Positions 6,465 to 10,019 of a stretch of DNA of 10,019 nt are shown piece by piece. The stretch spans positions 1 to 10,019 of the forward strand of contig CAZPZF010000121.1 in the NCBI GenBank assembly GCA_964590705.1, given 5' to 3'. The position numbers were made by a program, and so were the translations under genes. The first letter of the stretch is position 1. Each line of letters starts with the position of its first letter. Source of the stretch: an uncultured Spirochaetales bacterium (GTDB taxonomy: Bacteria; Spirochaetota; Spirochaetia; CAZPZF01). The notes under the pieces are model-generated. The model saw only the letters and a program-made list of their open reading frames with translations. It did not search any database and was not told the origin of the DNA.

Positions 6465-7742
6465 CTACGCGGGCCGGCTTTCCAGGCATGGAGCGCCCGT
6501 GTCCCTCCCGAGAATCTCCGCGGCCCTGCTGAAAACATGGTCAAAGGCCTCATCGACTCCCGGGCCGCAGGGGCCGTTCAGGGGAAACGGTTGTTCGTGG
6601 CTGTACGGAAAGGGAAAGTCCGATACCTCCACCCTGCCCGGGGGGCAGAAGCGGCCGAGGGTTTCGACGACTCCCGCGCCCGGCATCACCTCGTCTCCGG
6701 CTAGGGCGACAGCCCCCAACCGCGGGCCGAGTTCCCGAAACCGCGCGTTTCTGACCGCGGAGCCCTCGCGCAGGTCCAGCATGCTCCCGATGCACTGTCC
6801 AAGGCGCTGGAAACCTCCGGCGATCCGTTGGAGAAGGGATCCGGTCTCCTCCTTTGCGGTAGTCCGGCGTGCAACCGTCAATTCGCTGTCCATAAACTCG
6901 AGGAGGGCACGCTCCGCACCGCTGTCCATGATGTAACGGGAGACAGGGCGCATCAGATCCATCGTCGAACCTCCGCAGAAGAGGAAGCCCCGCGAGTGCG
7001 CGAATCGGTTCCCCGGATCCGCCATGAGGAGGATTTCGGCGAGGAGCGCTCCGATCGAGTATCCGAAAAAATCGAAGCTGCAGTCCCAGGGAAAAACCTG
7101 ATGCGCGCCGCCGGCAATCTGGTCCGTGAGGCTGATGATATCACGATAGGTTTGCAACCCGGAGAGGAGGAACCTGCCCGGGAACTCGTGGAGCCGGCTG
7201 CTGAGCGCGGCATTGATGAACGACACTTCCGTGATCCCCGGATACCGCTCCTTGCGCAGGGACGCGAGTCGCATCAGGATCCGCCTATCCGTCCAGCTTC
7301 GGGGGACCCGGTCCATATGGAAAGCGATCGGAAAGAGGATGACTCCCTTGCCCGTACGCCTGCACAGGGCCGCGGCCCAGGGGAGATACTTATCCCAACT
7401 CTTCTCGTTCAAGCCGTGGAGGAGGAAAATCGCTCCCCTCGGCTTCGGATCGCTCGCGGGAAGAACGATGTAATAGGGAAATCGGGTGTTCTCATCCGCG
7501 TCCTGAAGGGAGAACCCGTGCACATCAAGGGTGCTGTCCAGCCCGTCTTGTCGGGCGCGCTCCTGTCCGCTCCACGTCATGGGGAGAGGCGATTCGAAAT
7601 CGGAACGGAACGCCAGCTTCTTGATCGAGACATCCGAGCGGGCGTCATCCACCCCTCTCGAAGCGGCGGTACCGCTCTTCAGGGATTCGAACAGGCGTGA
7701 AAGGGAAGAGAGCGATTCGGCGTACGTTTCTTTTGGATGCAT
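6465..7742 (-). CDS. Alpha/beta-fold hydrolase (serine esterase/lipase-like), predicted cytoplasmic
   Basis: The nucleophile elbow G-Y-S-I-G sits in 'FDFFGYSIGALLAEILL'. Upstream is a block 'GAIFLLHGLNEKSW' typical of alpha/beta hydrolases, and a candidate catalytic His lies in 'FPFPYSHEQPF'. There is no signal peptide. I placed the start at ATG 7742-7740; the track's 7796 start is a TTG. AGGAG lies 13 nt upstream of the ATG. Confidence 0.78.
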   Translation of the reverse strand: MHPKETYAESLSSLSRLFESLKSGTAASRGVDDARSDVSIKKLAFRSDFESPLPMTWSGQERARQDGLDSTLDVHGFSLQDADENTRFPYYIVLPASDPKPRGAIFLLHGLNEKSWDKYLPWAAALCRRTGKGVILFPIAFHMDRVPRSWTDRRILMRLASLRKERYPGITEVSFINAALSSRLHEFPGRFLLSGLQTYRDIISLTDQIAGGAHQVFPWDCSFDFFGYSIGALLAEILLMADPGNRFAHSRGFLFCGGSTMDLMRPVSRYIMDSGAERALLEFMDSELTVARRTTAKEETGSLLQRIAGGFQRLGQCIGSMLDLREGSAVRNARFRELGPRLGAVALAGDEVMPGAGVVETLGRFCPPGRVEVSDFPFPYSHEQPFPLNGPCGPGVDEAFDHVFSRAAEILGRDTGAPCLESRPA

Positions 7743-7837
7743 ATCTTCGGTGCGACTCCTAGCTGTTGATCGTCGATCTTCATAAAGACAGACCAACCGG
7801 AGGCGCTTTCGGTTGCACGGTCTGCGTCGAATTCCCC

Positions 7838-7866
7838 TTGACAGATCCCACTAGTTGTTCTATTAT
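7838..7866 (+). promoter_or_regulatory. Sigma70-type promoter for the GntR operon: -35 TTGACA (7838-7843), 17-nt spacer, -10 TATTAT (7861-7866)
   Basis: The -35 is an exact consensus hexamer and the -10 is 5/6, with optimal 17-bp spacing. It sits in the only AT-rich island of the window, ~40 bp upstream of the GntR ATG. Confidence 0.6.
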
Positions 7867-7873
7867 TTTATTG

Positions 7874-7895
7874 TACTAATACTTTAATACATTAG
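7874..7895 (+). promoter_or_regulatory. Tandem TAATAC motifs (CTAATAC / TTAATAC, 8-bp register) bracketed by a short CTAAT...ATTAG inverted repeat, at about +1 to +20 of the GntR promoter; candidate autoregulatory GntR operator
   Basis: Read directly from the sequence. The position overlapping the transcription start fits repressor binding. It lies in the divergent region shared with the hydrolase gene. The symmetry is only weakly palindromic. Confidence 0.3.
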
Positions 7896-7903
7896 GACAA
7901 GCC

Positions 7904-8326
7904 ATGACCGCAGTGAAAAACAAGGAAGAGAATCTCTCGTTTACCCTCGATCCGAAGAGCGGAGTTCCGTACTACAAGCAGATAATGGTTCAGATCGAGA
8001 TGGCGATCGCGGACGGGAGGCTTGTAAGCGGAGATCAGCTTCCCACGGTCAGGAGCCTGGCGGTCGATCTCCGGATCAACCCCAATACCGTTGCCCGGGC
8101 GTACAGTTCCCTCGAGATCAGGGGAATCGTGAACACACAGCAGGGCACCGGAACCTTCATCAGCGACAAGAAAGTGTCCATGACCGACATCGAGCGAGAG
8201 AGGATCCTCACGGAGCTGACGGCCGAGTTTCTCGCAAAGGTCCAATCATACGGATTCACCAAGGACGACATAATAGCGTTCCTGGGCGAGCTGGGAACCC
8301 AGGACCAAGGAGGTGAGAGGAGATGA
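7904..8326 (+). CDS. GntR-family transcriptional regulator, short YtrA-like subfamily (140 aa)
   Basis: ATG at 7904 with AGGA 6 nt upstream. The N-terminal winged HTH 'VPYYKQIMVQIEMAIADGRLVSGDQLPTVRSLAVDLRINPNTVARAYSSLEIRGIVNTQQGTGTFI' matches the GntR signature. The C-terminal ~50 aa form only two short helices, the YtrA-type architecture that usually accompanies ABC transporter genes. Confidence 0.9.
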   Translation: MTAVKNKEENLSFTLDPKSGVPYYKQIMVQIEMAIADGRLVSGDQLPTVRSLAVDLRINPNTVARAYSSLEIRGIVNTQQGTGTFISDKKVSMTDIERERILTELTAEFLAKVQSYGFTKDDIIAFLGELGTQDQGGERR

Positions 8327-9486
8327 ACCCATTCACACAAAAGGCAGCGACATTCGCGAGAATTAAGAACGTGCAAAAAAAGAGCCTGGAGCGGGACTTT
8401 TCGTACAATCCGTTCGCGTTTCTCATCCTCGCATTATTTCTCGGGACCGGTGTCCTTCTCCAATACCGATTTTTAAACGATTTCGACTGGGGAAAAACCG
8501 CCTTCACCGCCGTCGGAACCATCGCGGGCGTCATCGTCATCGCCGCTATCCCTCTCTGGGTAACGGTCCTGACAATGATAGCGCTGGGCTGGCTTTCCAT
8601 GTTCGTCTGGCTGGGAAGCGGGTACTGGATCCTATTTCTCTTCATCAGCTTCGGGCTCTTCCTTTCACCCTCGTGCCAGCTCATCTTCCAGTGGGACAAG
8701 GCTGTGATCCTCAGGGTGGGGCGCTTTCATCGGATAAAAGGCCCGGGACTCTTCCTCCTCATGCCCATGGTCGACCGGATCGCCGCGTTCATCGACACGA
8801 GGATCCGGGCAACCGATTTCAGCGCGGAGAAAACGCTGACCCGGGACACGGTTCCGGTTCATGTGGACGCCCTGGCTTTCTGGATGATCTGGAACGCCAA
8901 GCAAGCGGTTCTCGAGGTCGAGAACTATCTGGAGGCGGTGGTCCTGTCCGCGCAGACGGCGCTCCGCGATTCGATAGGCAAGCACGATCTCGCAGATCTT
9001 CTCTCGGAGCGGGAACGGCTCTGCGCGGAGATCCAGAGCGCCCTCGACGCTAAGACCAATCCGTGGGGTATCACGATCCTCTCCATCGAATTCACCGACA
9101 TCATCATCCCGCAGGCTCTCGAGGACGCGATGAGCAAGCGGGCACAGGCGGAACGGGAGAAGCAGTCCCGTGTGATCCTCGGCACCGCGGAGGTCGAGAT
9201 AGCAAGAAAATTCGCGGAGGCAGCCGAAAGCTACCGCGATAACCCGACGGCCCTCCACCTGCGCGCCATGAATATGGTGTACGAGGGGATACGGCAGAAA
9301 GGCTCCATGATCATCCTCCCCTCCTCCGCACTCGACACGATGAACCTCGGCGGCGCCATGGGAACCGCCGCGTTCGCGAAGGGACTGGAGAGGGAAGGGA
9401 ACCCGGCCGACGGGCCTCAGGCCGGAGACGGCACCGGGCATGGCGGGGAAAACGGTCAGGCTGAAACCGACGAAATCGGACGATAA
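8323..9486 (+). CDS. SPFH/Band-7 (stomatin/prohibitin-like) domain membrane protein with an N-terminal polytopic membrane region (~3-4 hydrophobic spans)
   Basis: ATG at 8323 overlaps the GntR TGA (ATGA), with a strong ribosome-binding site AAGGAGGTGA upstream. Residues ~30-115 are hydrophobic spans. The SPFH core runs from 'WDKAVILRVGRFHRIKGPGLFLLMPMVDRIAAFIDTRIRATDF' to 'ILGTAEVEIARKFAEAAESY'. The C-terminal tail is Gly/acidic-rich. Confidence 0.85.
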   Translation: MNPFTQKAATFARIKNVQKKSLERDFSYNPFAFLILALFLGTGVLLQYRFLNDFDWGKTAFTAVGTIAGVIVIAAIPLWVTVLTMIALGWLSMFVWLGSGYWILFLFISFGLFLSPSCQLIFQWDKAVILRVGRFHRIKGPGLFLLMPMVDRIAAFIDTRIRATDFSAEKTLTRDTVPVHVDALAFWMIWNAKQAVLEVENYLEAVVLSAQTALRDSIGKHDLADLLSERERLCAEIQSALDAKTNPWGITILSIEFTDIIIPQALEDAMSKRAQAEREKQSRVILGTAEVEIARKFAEAAESYRDNPTALHLRAMNMVYEGIRQKGSMIILPSSALDTMNLGGAMGTAAFAKGLEREGNPADGPQAGDGTGHGGENGQAETDEIGR

Positions 9487-9503
9487 GCAGGGGGAGAAAA
9501 CCA

Positions 9504-10019
9504 ATGGTACGGATAGAAAACGTCAGAAGAGACTACGTCATGGGCGATGTCGCGGTCCAAGCCCTGAAAGGGATCAGCCTTACGGTCAACAAGGGGGATT
9601 TCCTGGCCATCGCTGGACCCTCCGGTTCGGGAAAAACGACACTCCTCAACATCATCGGCTGCATAGACCGGGCGGACGGCGGAACCATCCGGATAGACGG
9701 GGAAGATGTGGGAAAGAAGACAAAGGACGAGCTTGCCCTCTTCAGGAGAAGGCAGCTCGGCTTCATCTTCCAGACCTTCAACCTCATCCCCGTCCTGACC
9801 GCGTACGAGAACGTTGCCTTCGCCCTTTCGATCCTCAACATCCCGGCGGAGGAGGAGCGGCGGAGGACTATGGCCATCCTCGACGAGGTTGGGCTTTCCG
9901 GTATGGAGAACCGCCGGCCGAACCGACTCTCCGGCGGGCAGCAGCAGCGGGTCGCCATCGCCCGGGCCCTGGTGAAGGAGCCCCTCATCGTCCTCGCCGA
10001 CGAACCCACGGCAAACCTC
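9504..10019 (+). CDS. ABC transporter ATP-binding protein, MacB/LolD/FtsE-like, 3'-truncated by the window edge
   Basis: ATG at 9504 with GGGGAG 7 nt upstream. Walker A is 'GPSGSGKTT', the Q-loop 'FIFQ', the ABC signature 'LSGGQQQRVAIARAL' and Walker B 'IVLADEPT'. The frame is open to the window end. The antisense ORF 9533-10009 in the track is an artefact. Confidence 0.92.
   Translation, partial: MVRIENVRRDYVMGDVAVQALKGISLTVNKGDFLAIAGPSGSGKTTLLNIIGCIDRADGGTIRIDGEDVGKKTKDELALFRRRQLGFIFQTFNLIPVLTAYENVAFALSILNIPAEEERRRTMAILDEVGLSGMENRRPNRLSGGQQQRVAIARALVKEPLIVLADEPTANL

Noticed and set aside
6828-7700. 290-aa plus-strand ORF antisense to the alpha/beta-hydrolase gene
   Set aside because: No recognisable motifs and Arg/Glu/Pro-rich. 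The minus-strand frame contains the G-Y-S-I-G nucleophile elbow and a coherent hydrolase architecture.
8665-9504. 279-aa minus-strand ORF antisense to the SPFH gene, plus 8925-9185 and 8673-9053
   Set aside because: GC-driven open frames. The plus-strand SPFH reading frame has a strong ribosome-binding site, translational coupling to the GntR gene and a conserved Band-7 core.
9533-10009. 158-aa minus-strand ORF covering the end of the window
   Set aside because: It is antisense to an unmistakable ABC ATPase frame with Walker A, signature motif and Walker B. Antisense ORFs across ABC ATPase genes are a well-known artefact.
1-10019. Searched for CRISPR repeats, tRNA/rRNA genes, IS elements or integrases, and toxin-antitoxin pairs
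   Set aside because: I found no array of regularly spaced direct repeats. No intergenic region is long enough to hold a tRNA. The 8-bp TAATAC tandem at 7877-7890 is operator-scale, not CRISPR-scale. No transposase or recombinase-like ORFs were found. Every sizeable gap is accounted for by promoter or attenuator elements.

Overview
This GC-rich window is tiled almost completely by eight protein-coding genes in two functional blocks. No rRNA, tRNA, CRISPR array or transposase is evident.

Block 1 lies on the minus strand (roughly 7742 down to 1191). It looks like one carbohydrate-uptake operon: a cytoplasmic alpha/beta-hydrolase, a family-1 (MalE-like) ABC solute-binding protein carrying an extra N-terminal module, a 477-aa lipoprotein built from three tandem repeats, and a single 664-aa polypeptide that fuses a MalF-like and a MalG-like permease domain. 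No ATPase gene for this importer is present in the window. The repeats in the lipoprotein, and probably the extra module on the binding protein, carry a signature I read as a sulfite-oxidase/YedY-type molybdopterin-domain-like fold, probably non-catalytic.

Block 2 lies on the plus strand (7838 to the window end). A recognisable sigma70-type promoter sits in an AT-rich island and drives a short YtrA-like GntR regulator. That gene is translationally coupled (ATGA overlap) to an SPFH/stomatin-domain protein with an unusual polytopic N-terminus, followed by a MacB/LolD/FtsE-type ABC ATPase that is cut off by the window end.

The window opens with the 3' part of an MFS transporter gene on the plus strand, convergent with the permease. 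The ORF track extends several genes upstream through TTG/GTG codons; I re-called those starts using ribosome-binding sites and signal-peptide logic. All long antisense ORFs were judged to be GC-driven artefacts.
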